DNA of 62,180 bases, the filler included, from Catajapyx aquilonaris (taxonomy: Eukaryota), in NCBI GenBank assembly GCA_000934665.2. It is 2 parts of 2 records of this genome, joined end to end, with 100 filler letters (N's around TTAATTAATTAA, not from the genome) between each part and the next. Parts side by side here need not be neighbours in the genome. Positions count along the whole stretch, not along the records: positions 1 to 31,039 come from KZ539177.1; positions 31,140 to 62,180 come from JYFJ02004593.1. One strand, given 5' to 3'. The position numbers were made by a program, and so were the translations under genes. The notes beneath the pieces are model-generated. The model was not told the origin of the DNA and searched no databases. It was given only the letters and a program-made list of their open reading frames with translations. Positions 27,292 through 39,373 of the stretch are shown in pieces; the first letter of the stretch is position 1, and every line of letters starts with the position of its first letter.

Positions 27292-30200
27292 AAACAGCTT
27301 AGTGCATCAAGTATGGTGTGCAGAGGACAGGACAGATCCACATCGCCACCTCCTCTTCCAATATTCTTGGCATCTTGAGGCAGTGATCATCGAACATCTG
27401 GAGAGATAAAAACGTATGGAAAGGAAAAACGAGAAGGGTAGAAAAATAACAAATGGGCTCATGAAAGGCAACTCCCCGTTTCCGTGATTTTGGGAGCCTC
27501 TTTCCACAGGAAAGAATTGGGCTTTGGATTGTGGTCGAGTCCCTTTTACTAGAAGAGGAGTCCCATGAGGTTCCTCTCGTCTTCGCTTTGATGGAAGGAA
27601 CCCAATCACACTTGGGGGTCCGGAGAGGCTCCGCATGAAAATTACCTGATAAATCTCGACGCCAACCAGTGAGAAAAAAAAAGAAGGTATAGAGATGGCG
27701 TTTGTTCCTTCCTCTGGGAGATTTGAAGCTTTTTTCCGTGAGAAAAGAAGAAGTTGCTGAGGATAACGGTTAGGGAGGGCTAAGGAGGGTGGTGGAGGAA
27801 TCGAATGACCACTTGGAGGATGAAGACCATCCCGTACAGAGCCAGGGGTATCTATCGCCATTTCATGAAGCTGGAGTGAGACCCTGATTGAGGATGAAGG
27901 GAATGGTAGAAACCACTTTGCAATTGGAAGGAGATGGGAGGCCTGGCTCTAGTTATTTGCAAGAAAAGGCTGTTTAGAAAACCCTTGATACTGTTTGATG
28001 TGGGCGTTTAACTGGCTAATCTTTCTTGCCTAATGAGATGGATGGAATGCCACGAAACGACTGTCCAACGTTTGAAAACATTGCTGTCGTATGGATACCA
28101 TCAGCAGGACAATTTGACCTTAGAGGTGGCTATTATGATTATGATTATTATGATGATGATGATTATTATTGGCACGATTGAATGGTGTGGGGTTGGTGTT
28201 GGATGGGCCAATACTCGGTGGGCTATGAGGGGGGGGACCAAATTGAATTCCTGTAGATTGATAATTATCGAGCAGCAATTCTCGGCACGTTCTCACTAAG
28301 CCCCAGACAATCTCACACCAATCCAGGCCTGGACGCTCGTGTATCTTACATCTCAGACCCTTTTTCTAGTCGAAAGGAAGGAAATGTTGGGCTATCTCTA
28401 GCTCCCGTTTTTTTCTTCTTCTTTCCTTCACCCTCCCCGCGGTAGGAAATGTGGACAAAACGTTCTTCTGGTCATTCAAATGCATTGGACGATTCTGGTC
28501 TCTCCCCCCCCCCCTCCCTTCAGTCTCCGAGACAAGACGATGGGGGGTTTCGGAGTCGACGGATGGAAGGGGGGGACAAGCAGCCATCGGAGGAGAATCT
28601 CGTCATCGTTATCTTTTGACCTTTTTTTTCTTCCTTCCTTCTTCTTCCTTTTCCATGTTGCCTCCAGCAACACACTTCATACCAATGGGAATTGGGATTT
28701 CCGAGCAGGAAGAGGCAGCCTCTTGGCCCAGGCGAGAAAGCTGCCATGCTGATATTATAGTGCGTTGGATATGGTCTGAGAGCATTTTATGCCATTAGAG
28801 AGCAATAAATTTATAATACACCCCCCCCCCCTCTTCACGTGGTATGCTTCTAACGTCAGTTGGTATCTGGAGTGAGTGGTGTTTTTTTCAAGTCCGTTAG
28901 AGACTTGTCCAAAGTGGCGCCTCCTGGGTACCTGCATGTACAGTACATGCTTGGTAAAGGCAAGGAAGGTTTCATAGCACCGATTGCTGTTCAGTGACAC
29001 TATTGTAATAATAAGCAGAATTTGCTGATTGAGATATTTCGTTCACTGTTGGCAGCTTTTGCATTTTCCCTAAAATAATTTAAAACGTAGCACACAATAT
29101 TTCCATTGTGTGCCGCCTTATACTGTGCAAGTGATATGTAGTCGACCCAGGCATTTCATGTAGTTTTATTATCCGGTTTGCATTCATGATGTATTACACT
29201 TGTTGTGCGAGCTGATTTCATTATGCGAAATTGTACACAACCGGCGTAAAAATTAGAGTGGCAAAATATTTTACACCCATCTCCACCATCGTTTTGGAGG
29301 TTTCATTTAGTGAGCAGTTTTTGATGAAACTTTTTTATTATCCGGGCATGAAAGGGATTCAGTGGAAATCTGCCCATGCTGGAAACACCGCCGCTTTAAA
29401 TGCGTAGAGGTAAAAAAAAAAAGGTCGACCTAAATGAGGCGCGAGATTACGGCAGACCCTGTATGCAAATCGCCCACACGGCATCATTCCTGCACTCCAT
29501 GCCTCCCTCTTCCACCTATCCCCCCTTTGTCATGACATGATGAAATGATAATACATTACATCCTTAATTCATTGCTGTCTGATGTGCATACCAAAGGACT
29601 TCATTATGAGTTTGGAAGGATGGCTATTTTTTTTTGTTATCCCTCGAGTCTCACCCTCTGGCTTGGAAATGCTCTTCATGGTAAAGGACTATAAGAAGGT
29701 AGCTTGCCTGCTTGCTGTGGAATGTGTAACTTGGAATAATATTAGCTTATAAGTTATGCTAATTAGTAATATGAAAGAGAAAACAAGGCCAGGTAACAGA
29801 ATTCATCAGTCTCGGTTATTACCTGCTTGTTTCCAGGCAATTTGAAGCTGAGCAACTAGCAGATTTCAGTTGCGTTATTACACTAGAGGAATGGCTGTTA
29901 TATTAGCACCTTACTGTCCAGCTTTTAATGAGATGCAAGCAGTGGTGTCTTCAGGTGCTCTTTTATATATTCGTGCGAATAGTGTTGGCGCAGTGTCAGT
30001 TTGTATAGTGTATGTCTGGGTCGTATTGAATGTTAGTGAATCAGTTTCCAACAGCCCGTAATTTCCCTCAGAATGTCCGTAATATCCGCTCCATCAAGAG
30101 CGTCAATGACGAGCTTCTTGAAGGCAAGGCAAGGTGGTTGGGTCCTTCTTACCCTGGATGCCTTCTCGTGCTTCCTAATTGGCCCTTTGTGGTCGTCTCG

Positions 30201-30511
30201 CCTTAATGACGCTTTTGCAACGCTACAGTGCGCGGATTTTTTCCACCCAGCCGCTTCTAATGAGCTATCAATGTCAGAGAAAAAGGGGGGGGGGGGGTGA
30301 GGCTAGAAAGCTCTTTTAAGTTATTCGGGGGTGTCCCCGGAGAGGAATGAAGGAAGCGGTTGGTGTAGCGGATTGGGTGCTGGTTTCTCTCGAGGAAATT
30401 TTTGCTGTCATGAAGAAGGTCAGGGGGAGTTTTTAGGAAAAGTGAAAAAAAGTTTTTATATCTGGGAATATGGAGATGATCATGGAGCTCTTGGGGAAGA
30501 TACGTGGACGT

Positions 30512-30957
30512 CCGTGAAGTTGGCACCGCCAGTCGTCGGAATTACCTGTCCAATGACGTGGTCTAATTGTTCCAAGAGAGTTCCACATTGTTCCACCGCC
30601 AGTTCAATTTGTTCCGATCACGAAAACTTTTTATTTAAAAAATAAATTGGCGGTGCCAAGTTCACGACCGGCACCGCCAACTACATATTTGGCACAAAAA
30701 ACATTGCGGATCGCTTGTTCCAAGTGAGTTCCACGTTGTTCCACCGCCAGATCGATTTGTTCCAATCTCGCTATTTTTTTATTTAAAAAAATAACTTGGC
30801 GGTGCCAACTTCACGGTGGTACCTCTAATTGCATAGGATGGTCAAAAACATTGCGGATCGCTTGTTCCAAGTGAGTTCCACGTTGTTCCACCGCCAGATC
30901 GATTTGTTCCAATCTCGTTATTTTTTTATTTAAAAAAATAATTTGGCGGTGCCAACT
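30512..30957. repeat. Tandem repeat, ~147-148 bp unit, 3 copies, probably internal repeats of a non-autonomous DNA/rolling-circle element
   Basis: TTGTTCCAAG.GAGTTCCAC.TTGTTCCACCGCCAG...TTGGCGGTGCCAA recurs at ~30567, ~30715 and ~30862; leading CGTGAAGTTGGCACCGCCA is the inverse of the unit end; short hairpin AGGCCTTG-AGC-CAGGGCCT follows. Confidence 0.8.
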
Positions 30958-31039
30958 AGGCCTTGAGCCAGGGCCTCAAATTTAGGTTTTCGGTACCACT
31001 CGGGGGGACCGGTTCTAATGTGATTTTTTAGCAAGGTAT

Positions 31040-31139
31040 NNNNNNNNNNNNNNNNNNNNNNNNNNNNNNNNNNNNNNNNNNNNTTAATTAATTAANNNNN
31101 NNNNNNNNNNNNNNNNNNNNNNNNNNNNNNNNNNNNNNN
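31040..31139. other. Artificial 100-nt contig-joining spacer
   Basis: 44 N + TTAATTAATTAA (stop codons in all six frames) + 44 N, symmetric and exactly 100 nt. Confidence 0.95.
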
Positions 31140-31141
31140 AA

Positions 31142-31243
31142 TGAACTCTGCACGAGATGAAGGGGGTGTCCCCGGGTTGGGATCGAACCCGGGACCTTAA
31201 CATCCGTGGGCGCGTACGTTACCGCAGCACCACTTCACCTCCC
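31142..31243 (-). mobile_element. tRNA-derived SINE family A, 5' fragment (cut by contig end)
   Basis: Reverse complement carries A-box AGTGGTGCTGCGG and B-box GGTTCGATCCC; near-identical to copies at 45330-45651 and 60059-60237. Confidence 0.85.
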
Positions 31244-32016
31244 TTTTGAAGACAATATGGCCCCATATCGTACTCCAAGAGATGAATTGTAAACAAGGAC
31301 TGTCACTGCTCGGTTACGCTGTTGACAATCAAACCACCCTGCCTGAGAGGGCCTCTTGCCATTTGAAGACAATATGGCCCCATATCGTAGCCCAACAGGT
31401 CAAACGTAAACAAGGACTGTCACTGCTCAGTTACTCTGTTGACATTCAAACAACCCTGCCTGACAGGGCCTTTTGACGACAATATTGTCCCATATCGTAC
31501 TCCAAGAGGTCCATCGTAAACAATGAATGTCACTGCTCAGTTACTCTGTTGATAATAATCAAACAACCCTGCCTGACAGGGCTATTGCATTTTGAACACA
31601 ATATGGCCCCATACCGTACTCCAAGACGTCTATTGTAAACAAGGACTGTCACTGTTCGGTTACGCTGAGGACAATCAAATCATCCTGCCTGACAGGCGAT
31701 TTATCAACAGAGTAACAGAGCAGTGACATTCATTGTTTACAATGACCTCTTGGGGTGCGATATGGGACAATATCTTCAAAAGGCATGAGGATCTGTCAGG
31801 CCGTGGCTTCATTGTCAACAGAGTAACTGAGCAGTGACAGTCATTGTTTGCAATTTATTGACCTGTTGGTCCATATGGGGCCATATTGTCTTCAAAAGGC
31901 AAGAGGCCCTCTCAGGCAGAGTTGTTTGAATTGATTGTCAACAGCGCAACTGAGCAGTGACCGTCCTTGTTTACGTTTGAGCTGTTGGGCTACGATATTG
32001 GGCCAATGGGACTTAA

Positions 32017-32549
32017 GGCGGGTTCACACTAGCTGACGGTAGCATACGAAACGAACGAAACGGTACATTGACGAAAGGAACGGAAAGAAGGGAGAGGTGC
32101 TCAGACACATAAAAGCGAGGGGCGTGGCTTAGTCTACGTATCCCGCAGCGCATGCGCTGTGCTGGAACTCTTGGCAGGAAAGCGGCTTTCCTTCGGGCTC
32201 TCACTCTCTTCGGACGGGTTGAAACCCTTATCTTCTCCCGACGACCGCTCTCCGTATCCCGAGTCCATACTGAGCTCCTTCGTCCTGTCTCAGCCAGAGG
32301 CGCTGCCCCGGGTCCCCCACTTTCTACCCCCACGCGCTGATCGCCACACCCTTGCCGCTTTCCTGGCTCCTGTTGGTGGAAACGGACGGACAGGACCGTA
32401 TTCCGTATCCGTCAAAGGCTTGTTCTGTCCGTATTTTCCGTTTCGTAATCCCTTTCACTTTTCGTCATCCTCAAGTCGGCTCTGAGAAGTCCACTATTTC
32501 GTTTCATTCGTTTCGTACGCTACCGTCAGCTAGTGTGACTCCCCCCCCC
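32017..32549. mobile_element. Non-autonomous TIR element, PIF/Harbinger-like, inserted in the satellite
   Basis: ~45-bp imperfect TIRs GGCGGGTTCACACTAGCTGACGGTAGCATACGAAACGAACGAAACG / CGTTTCATTCGTTTCGTACGCTACCGTCAGCTAGTGTGACTCCCCCC; flanks TAA and TTA (TWA-like but not identical); no transposase ORF. Confidence 0.7.
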
Positions 32550-32987
32550 TTATTGTCTTCAAAAGGCAAGAGGCCCTCTCAGGCAGGGTGAGTTGATTGT
32601 CCAAAGAGTAACGGAGTAGGGACAGGCATTGCTTACAATTGACCTGTTGACCATATTGTCTTCAAAAGGCAAGAGGCTCTCTCAGGCTGTGCGGTTTGAT
32701 TGTTAACAGCGCAACTGAGCAGTGACAGACCTTGTTTACAATTGACCTCTTGGAGCACGATATGGGGCCATATTATCTTCAAAAGGCAAGAGACCCTATC
32801 ATTCAGGGTGCGTTGATTGTCAACAGCGAAACTGAGATGTGATAGTCCTTGTTTAATATTGAGCATTTGGGCTGCGATATGAGGCCATATTGTCTTGAAA
32901 AGGCAAGGGGCCCTGTCAAACCGGGTGGTTCGAGGTCCTCTTGCCTTTTCAAGACAATATGGCCTCATATCATAGCCAAAATGCTCA

Positions 32988-32991
<4 letters not shown>

Positions 32992-33039
<48 letters not shown>

Positions 33040-33354
33040 CATAATAATAATAATAATAATCATAATCATAATAATAATAATTCATACCCCGTTATCAGCC
33101 ATCGGCTCTTTAGGGGGGCAGTTTGTTTTGCCTGGAACTCTTTGCTTTTCATTTTACTGTGCTGTTTGGGATAGGATAGGGACGGAATGAAGCGGCTGTG
33201 GCCTATTAATTACGGAAGCAACTCCGAAAATTTCCTGGAAGGACCATGGGAAACCACAGAAAACCATGGTCAGAGTTGCCGGACCCGGGATTCGAACCCA
33301 GGACCTCCCGATTAGCAGTCGGACGCCTTATCCACTATGCCAACCTGCTTCGGT
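32992..33354 (-). mobile_element. tRNA-derived SINE family B, full length with (ATT)n tail
   Basis: A-box-like TGGCATAGTGG and B-box GGTTCGAATCCC on - strand; shared body GGTTTTCTGTGGTTT..GGCCACAGCCGCTTC with 46111-46370; ~90-nt (AAT)n tract as tail; TSD AAATGCTCAATAT at 32979-32991 and 33357-33369. Confidence 0.88.
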
Positions 33355-34179
33355 CCAAATGCTCAATATTAAACAAGGACTGGCACTGCTCAGTTATGCT
33401 GTTGACAATTAACCCACGTGCCTGACATGTCCTCTTGCCCGTATCGCACTCCAAGAGGTCAATTGTAAACAAGGACTGTCACTGCTCGGATAAGCTGTTG
33501 ACAATCAAACCACCCTGCCTGAGACGGCCTCTTGCCTTTTGAAGACAATATGGTCCCATATCATAGCCGAACAGGTCAATTGTAAGAAATGACTATCACT
33601 GCCCAGTTACTCTGTTGACAATAATCAAACAAACCTGCCTGACAGGTCCTCTTGCCTTTACAAGACAATATGGCCTGATATCGTAGCCCAAACGATCAAT
33701 TTTAAGCACAGACTGTCACTGCTCAGTTGCGCTGTTAACAATCAAACCACACTTCCTGAGAGATCCTCTTGCCTTTTGAAGACAATATGGCCCCATATCG
33801 TAACCCAACAGGTCAATTGTAAGCAATGACTGTCACTGCTGAGTTACTCTGTGGACAATCAACCCACCCTGCCTGAGAGGGCCTCTTGCATTTTGAAGAC
33901 AATATGGCCCTATACCGTACTCCAAGAAATATTTCTAGAATCAACGTTTGTTATAGACTTTGATATTAATCCTAATGCATCCAAAGGTCATGATTCTGGC
34001 TCCCAAACTACTGGAAACAATTGTCACACTCCTGGCTCACTTTTCTATAGCACATAACACAGTAAAACTGGACTCGGTCAGACGAGCTCGAGTAAGCCGC
34101 ACGTGCCGGACTGGGCTCCGCAATTGAGATCAGTATCGCACAGGAGTGGCCAAATTGGGCACGCAAGTAGGGCATAACC

Positions 34180-35276
34180 ATGGCCTCGAAGGAAGACATA
34201 CAGAAGATGCTGGACGTCCTCAAGGCAGACCTGACGTTAAGTATTATTTTTTATGTGACATTATGATGTTAAATGCGAAGCTGTACAAGACAGTCGAGGC
34301 ACTAGAAGAGAAATGGGCAGCAGTTATGGAAGATATCCAGGTGACAAACCGTTCGATGGCGCAGCAACTCGAAGATGCAGCGGAGCAACTCAACAACATA
34401 CAAGAAGAATACTCCACCGTTGCGGCCAAGCTAGATGACCTGGAGAACAGATCGAGACACAACAACCTGATATTCCACGGGTTCCAGACCAGCCAGGACA
34501 ATTTGACCTGGGAGCAAACTGAAGCGCGACTCAGAGAGCATCTGGAGAAGTATAAGCTTCACGATGACCCCTCTGGAATAGAGTTTCAACGAGTTCATCT
34601 AATGGATCGCCCAAGGGTAGGAGGTCCGGCGATTGCGGCTTTTCTGCGATACAAAGACAAGGAGACAATCCAGTACCGTGGGAAACACCTCAAGGGAACG
34701 GGAGTTTCGGTGAGTGAAGACTTTTCGGAAAGGGTGCGAAATGCTAGGCGAGAGTTGGTGCCGTACATGTACGAGGCAAGGGAGGCTGGGAAGCGGGCAC
34801 ACCTCAAAATGGACCTTCTGGTCGTGAACGGCGTTCGTTACACCATGGACAAAGATGGGTCCAAACCGATACGGGTGATCCAAGAGGACGTTAGGCGCCC
34901 TGGGGGGACCAACGACGAGTTCAAGAAGAGGCCAAGGTCGTCGCCTGCACAGTATCAAGAAGCAAAGAAGCAGAGGAAACCGGGGGTACAGGGCGCAGAC
35001 CGATCGGAAGAGGACGGGGATTGGATGGAGGGAACAGAAACACCTTCGAGTCAACTATATAGGCCAACCATCGTCCTCCCAACAAGCATCGGCCACCCCA
35101 GGACCTACCTCAGTGGGCGCACCAGCTGGTCCGAAATTCGGCCTGCAAAAATTCCAACTCCAGAAGAAGCAGCCCCCTCAGCAAATGTACGCCCCCTCCC
35201 AGAGGGAGGAAGCTACCGACAAGTGAGACAGCGGGCGGGAGAGAGGGGTCAATACAGTCCCCTATATTGTAAGTGA
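34180..35276 (+). pseudogene. LINE ORF1 (L1-ORF1/Transposase_22-like coiled coil + RRM), disrupted near the N-terminus
   Basis: Coiled coil then DDLENRSRHNNLIFHG, IEFQRVH, VSEDFSERVRNARREL, GKRAHLKMDLLVVNGVRY; likely start MASKEDIQKMLDVLKADL at 34180 is put out of frame by an AT-rich ~40-nt stretch at ~34237-34275. Confidence 0.8.
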
Positions 35277-35319
35277 AAGTGCGCCAATTTGTAGTGTAGT
35301 TGTTCCTGAGAGGAGAGAG

Positions 35320-37612
35320 CAGACTTCATTGCCTGGAACATCGCCGGCCTACCTATTCGAGGAGCCATCAGTGTTTGTGAAAGTGATAGTGTCATGGGAA
35401 TCGGTCTAGTGGAAACATGGGCCGTAAATCCGTTTTGTTTACCCAGGAATAACCCTTACGTGCTTTTCCACTCACCTGCGAAAAAGTCGGCGAAGCAAGG
35501 TCGCCCCTCCGGTGGCCTGACACTCCTGTTGAAATCAAGTATGACCCCCAAAGTGATAAAAGTGTCACAGTATTATATTTTTGTTTCACTAACGTTGAGT
35601 TCTCTGGGAAGTCCGTGTGTACTAGGGTTGGTCTATCTCCCACCGTACAAGAGCTTTGGCGCAGTACTGGAAGAAATAAGCGACATAATAGCGCCGTATA
35701 GTTATCAAAACACACCTATAGTTTTAACGGGCGACTTTAATGCTCGATCGGCAGAAATGAACTCTGTAGCCCCTGAATTAGGGCCACTGAACTTGAATTT
35801 AGCTCTCTCAAGAAACTCGATGGACCGAACTTTAAACGCTTGGGGCTCCAAACTATTACAGTTTGCCAACCAATTTTCTCTATCGATACTGAACGACCTA
35901 TCCACAAGTGACTCTCAAGGCCGATACACATACGCAGCAAGGGGAGGTCAGTCCGTTATCGATTATGCCCTGGTGTCAATGAATATACTTGATCTGATTA
36001 CGGACTTTAAAGTGCTAGACATTATGGGTTCGGATCATTTTCTAATAAAAACCACCTTTGTTAAAAACTGTACCGTACCAGACCATTCAGATGAGCATCC
36101 ACTCCCTACAAAATTTATCTTCCGCTTACCGGAGGACAGGGACGACTGGAGGGAAAAGATTAATAATTTTTATGGCGAAAATCAATGGCGCAACTTGGAT
36201 CTAGATACCCAACTAGAAATTTTTCAATTGGAAACTTTTAAAGTAATGAGTTCGTTGAAATTACTGAGAAAGGCTTCCCCCAAAAGCAAAGTTAGAGTCG
36301 TACACAAACCATGGTTCGACACCCAATTGAAAGTACAAAAATCATCCCTGCAGTCACTGGTCATTAAATGGCGACAATCCGCCACAGATTGTGACAGACA
36401 AAAAATGGTGGAAGCAAAATCGATATACATGAACGCGATAAGTGCAAAGAAAAGAAGATATTACAATTACTCCCTCCAAGTTTTGGGGGACGCTGAAATC
36501 ATTTTGCCGAAAACAGAAGGACCCATTTTTACCAGAGCAGAAGTGGCTGGACCATTTGAGTAGCATTTATATGAGTTCGGCAGGACAGGAATCACTCGAA
36601 CTGGAGTTACCGGGGGAAATTTATGTGCAAAGTTTAGATGAGAATATTACACTGTCTGAGCTGCAACTCACAATGGATGCACTCAAGAACGGGAAAGCCG
36701 CAGGGGTAGACTACATCCCAAATGAATTACTTAAAATAGGATCAGAAACCTTAACGAACGTCATTTTAAGTCTGTACAATAGGATCCTACTAAAAAAATA
36801 GATACAGGAGAGATCTCCCCAGCTGGACTGAAATTAGGAACATTCCAATATTTAAAAAAAGCAATAAGGAAGATCCATCAAATTATAGACCTATTTCTCT
36901 GGTAAATGTCATTCTCAAATTGTTGACTGCAATACTCGCCAAGAGAATCACTGCATGGGCGGAGCTCGACAACTTATTCCCATTCACTCAAGCCGGATTT
37001 CGTACAGGGAAATGATGTTCGGATTTAATTTTCGCATTAACAATTCTACAAAACAAGTATGTCTATGGCAAATCATCCAAGCTGTTCGCACTGTTTGCGG
37101 ATTTTTCTAAAGCTTTTGACTCGGTCCCCTTTGATCTGTTATGGCAAAGATTGGCTAAGTTGGGCATGAGTACGAAATTAATGTGCGTGGTGAGAAAGAT
37201 ATACCAAGGAGCCAAGATAGTATCGTCTAACGGGAAGCAAAAAATTCCTATTACGCAAGGGGTCCTTCAAGGAGACTCCCTCAGTCCAGTTTTATTTAAT
37301 TTATACTTATCAGACCTGCAACAACATCTTGATGCACAAGGAGCCCAAGGCGTAAACATAGGGATCCCATCACGCAATATCTCATTCCTTCAATATGCGG
37401 ACGATATTATTTTATTATCAAATCATAAACTATACTTTCAAAAAATGATTACCTCATTGTCCCAATACGTGGCTCTGAGCGGCATGACCATAAATTTAAA
37501 TAAAACGAAAGTTCTCATTTTCCGCAAAGGCGGACCGCTCCCAAAATCCACCGCATTCTATTGGGACTCGGATAAATTGGAAATAGTTAAAGATTATACT
37601 TACCCACCAGAT
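35320..37612 (+). pseudogene. LINE ORF2 (APE endonuclease + reverse transcriptase), frameshifted with stops
   Basis: Endonuclease motifs AWNIAG, LVETW, GRPSGG, VYLPP, TGDFNA, SVIDY, GSDH; frameshifts near 36450-36560 and ~36840, stops at 36799 and ~37013; YADD in 37151-37684. Confidence 0.9.
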
Positions 37613-37814
37613 GTACCAAAAGAAGAGTTTGACTCGATTGTGACAATTGAATCCTTGAATTTAAGAGTAGCCAAATGTCCATAACTGAAATTTTTTTTAC
37701 AACAAAACAATGAGAAACATTGTAAGTGTGATAGTGACAATTATTTTAAAATTTGGAATACCTTTTTTTGCTTATAAAGGTAGGCTTCCATATAGAGTTC
37801 TGTGCTTAAAAAGT

Positions 37815-37896
37815 CCAAACTTCTCTAACTCGAATCTTCTATAACTCGAAGTTTTTTTCCGGTCCCATGGAGATTCGACTTATAGAAGTTTTACTG
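37815..37896 (-). mobile_element. pogo/Tigger-like DNA transposon end
   Basis: Reverse complement starts TA|CAGTAAAACTTCTATAAGTCGAA with repeated TTCGAGTTA(T/G)AGAAG subterminal motifs; partner TIR not found. Confidence 0.6.
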
Positions 37897-38884
37897 TATC
37901 TCAAATGTTTTGAAATAACTGTTATTCCATGGAATGAACGGACCTCATCACCTGACAGAAATTTCTAGAGTCAACGTTTGTTCTGGACCCTAATGCATCC
38001 GAAGGGCATTCTTCAGGATCCCAAACTCCTGGCAATAATAAACTTAGTAAATAATATTAATATTTTAACAAAATTATCGTTCTTGAACAAGATGCGACTC
38101 AAAAAATTGGCCAGATGTCATCAACTAGTGTCTGAAAAATTAAAATTTCTGCAGCTTTTTAGTGCTTGCTGTGGCCATTTCAAGTGCAAAAAATTTGCAA
38201 ATTCTCGACGTTTGAGTCCAGGTTTTCACTAGTTTTGATCTAATATTATGAGGAACAACGTCCAATAAAAATTATTGCACTTAACTGCTAAATTAATCCT
38301 GGAAATTTTCAACCACTGTAGATTATAATACTGCATGAGGGTCAGGTACTTCTATTTTTCCCTTGTTTTGTGACCTCATATAGAGTAAGTGCCAACTTTT
38401 CCTCATTTTAAACTACAAGTTTTGAAATTCATTAATTCTTGCTTTGAAAATGGTAAGTTTTTGGAGAATCACCCGTACATTTTACAATAGACTGGAAACA
38501 AGTTCTCATATCACTTACCGTGTAATATTCCTATCTGTGCAACTCTGCTTTATTCGAAAATAGCTGAAACAAAATGAAGAAAAAGGATATTTACAGTATA
38601 AACAAGAACTACATTATTATGTTCCATTCATAGATAATGATGTCTACGGAGAATATCCAACAGTTCATTTTTTTTAAATAATCGCAAACACACTGTCAAT
38701 TCGCATATGTAAAACCAGGCAGTTCTGTACTTCTTTGAGAATGCAGATTTGTTCATGACAATGTACAGCATCAGTCAATGGTTCAGTGAAAACAAGATTA
38801 GTATCAGTGAAATATTCAAGAAGCCAATTTAAGTCATGAAGCTTTAAAGCAGCAACTGTTCACAACATATATTTGGGTTAAAAC

Positions 38885-39373
38885 TAAAGCCCGGATTTTT
38901 AGGCACAAAAATACCCTTAAATACGCACGAAAAACGCTCAAATAGGCACAGAAATTTATATGGAGGATAATGTTAGAAAAAATCACAAGCTACAAATTAC
39001 CAAATTATTTTCTAGATTTTCATTAGTGCAACATTAGTGTAAGTACTTCTGAACGATTTTGGTCCCTTTTCAGAGGCACAAAAAATACTCCGAAAAAAAC
39101 ATGCCTCTGAAGGAATAGGACCAGTATAATCCCGAAATTGCTTCAAAAAGTTCAAAAACTATCCAAAAAAGGCCAAATAGGTATGAAAAGTCTCAAAAAG
39201 CCAGAATAGGCCAAATACAGTAGTTTCCAAAACCACGACTTAGGCCTTTTTATGCACTATGAAACCTACATTTTCCACAGGTCCTTATGAAACGGATATC
39301 GTATCTCTTCACAAAACCACCCCAAATGTAAAGGGTTTAAATTAATAGGCATTTGCCTAAAATACGGGCTTTA
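38885..39373. mobile_element. Non-autonomous element with (sub)terminal inverted repeats and 3' hairpin (Helentron/Helitron2-like)
   Basis: TAAAGCCCGGATTTTTAGGCA (38885-) inverted with TGCCTAAAATACGGGCTTTA (-39373); overlapping hairpin TAGGCA-TT-TGCCTA; A-rich interior; no clear TSD. Confidence 0.6.

Larger units (their letters stand above)
31244..33928. repeat. Satellite array, ~117-bp unit, roughly 15 diverged copies, with internal inversion and nested insertions
   Basis: Unit TTTTGAAGACAATATGGCCCCATATCGTA...AAACAAGGACTGTCACTGCTCAGTTAC...GTTGACAATCAAACCACCCTGCCTGAGAGGGCCTCTTGCC (anchors at 31248 and 31365); forward 31244-~31698, reverse ~31700-32925, forward ~32935-33928. Confidence 0.9.
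34027..37612 (+). mobile_element. Decayed non-LTR retrotransposon (LINE), RTE-X-like, 3'-truncated
   Basis: ORF1 followed by APE endonuclease and reverse transcriptase in several frames; RT motifs NYRPISL, QAGFR, DFSKAFDSV, GVLQGDSLSPVLF, QYADD, INLNKTKVLIFRKGG; similarity is lost after LEIVKDYTY; clade call is from motif style only. Confidence 0.88.

Noticed and set aside
30512..30957. Repeat-spacer array
   Set aside because: Only three long units with mostly repeated interiors; fits a tandem repeat inside a mobile element
32633..33190. Poly-Tyr, poly-Ile and poly-Asn ORFs
   Set aside because: Translations of the (AAT)n SINE tail and satellite
31244..33928. CRISPR-like or coding interpretation of regularly spaced repeats
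   Set aside because: Whole ~117-bp units repeat without unique spacers, the context is eukaryotic, no cas genes, and frames are interrupted by stops
34236..34280. Intron rescuing the LINE ORF1 frame
   Set aside because: The GT..AG choices I tried do not restore the frame and there is no pyrimidine tract at the acceptor; treated as a disabling insertion
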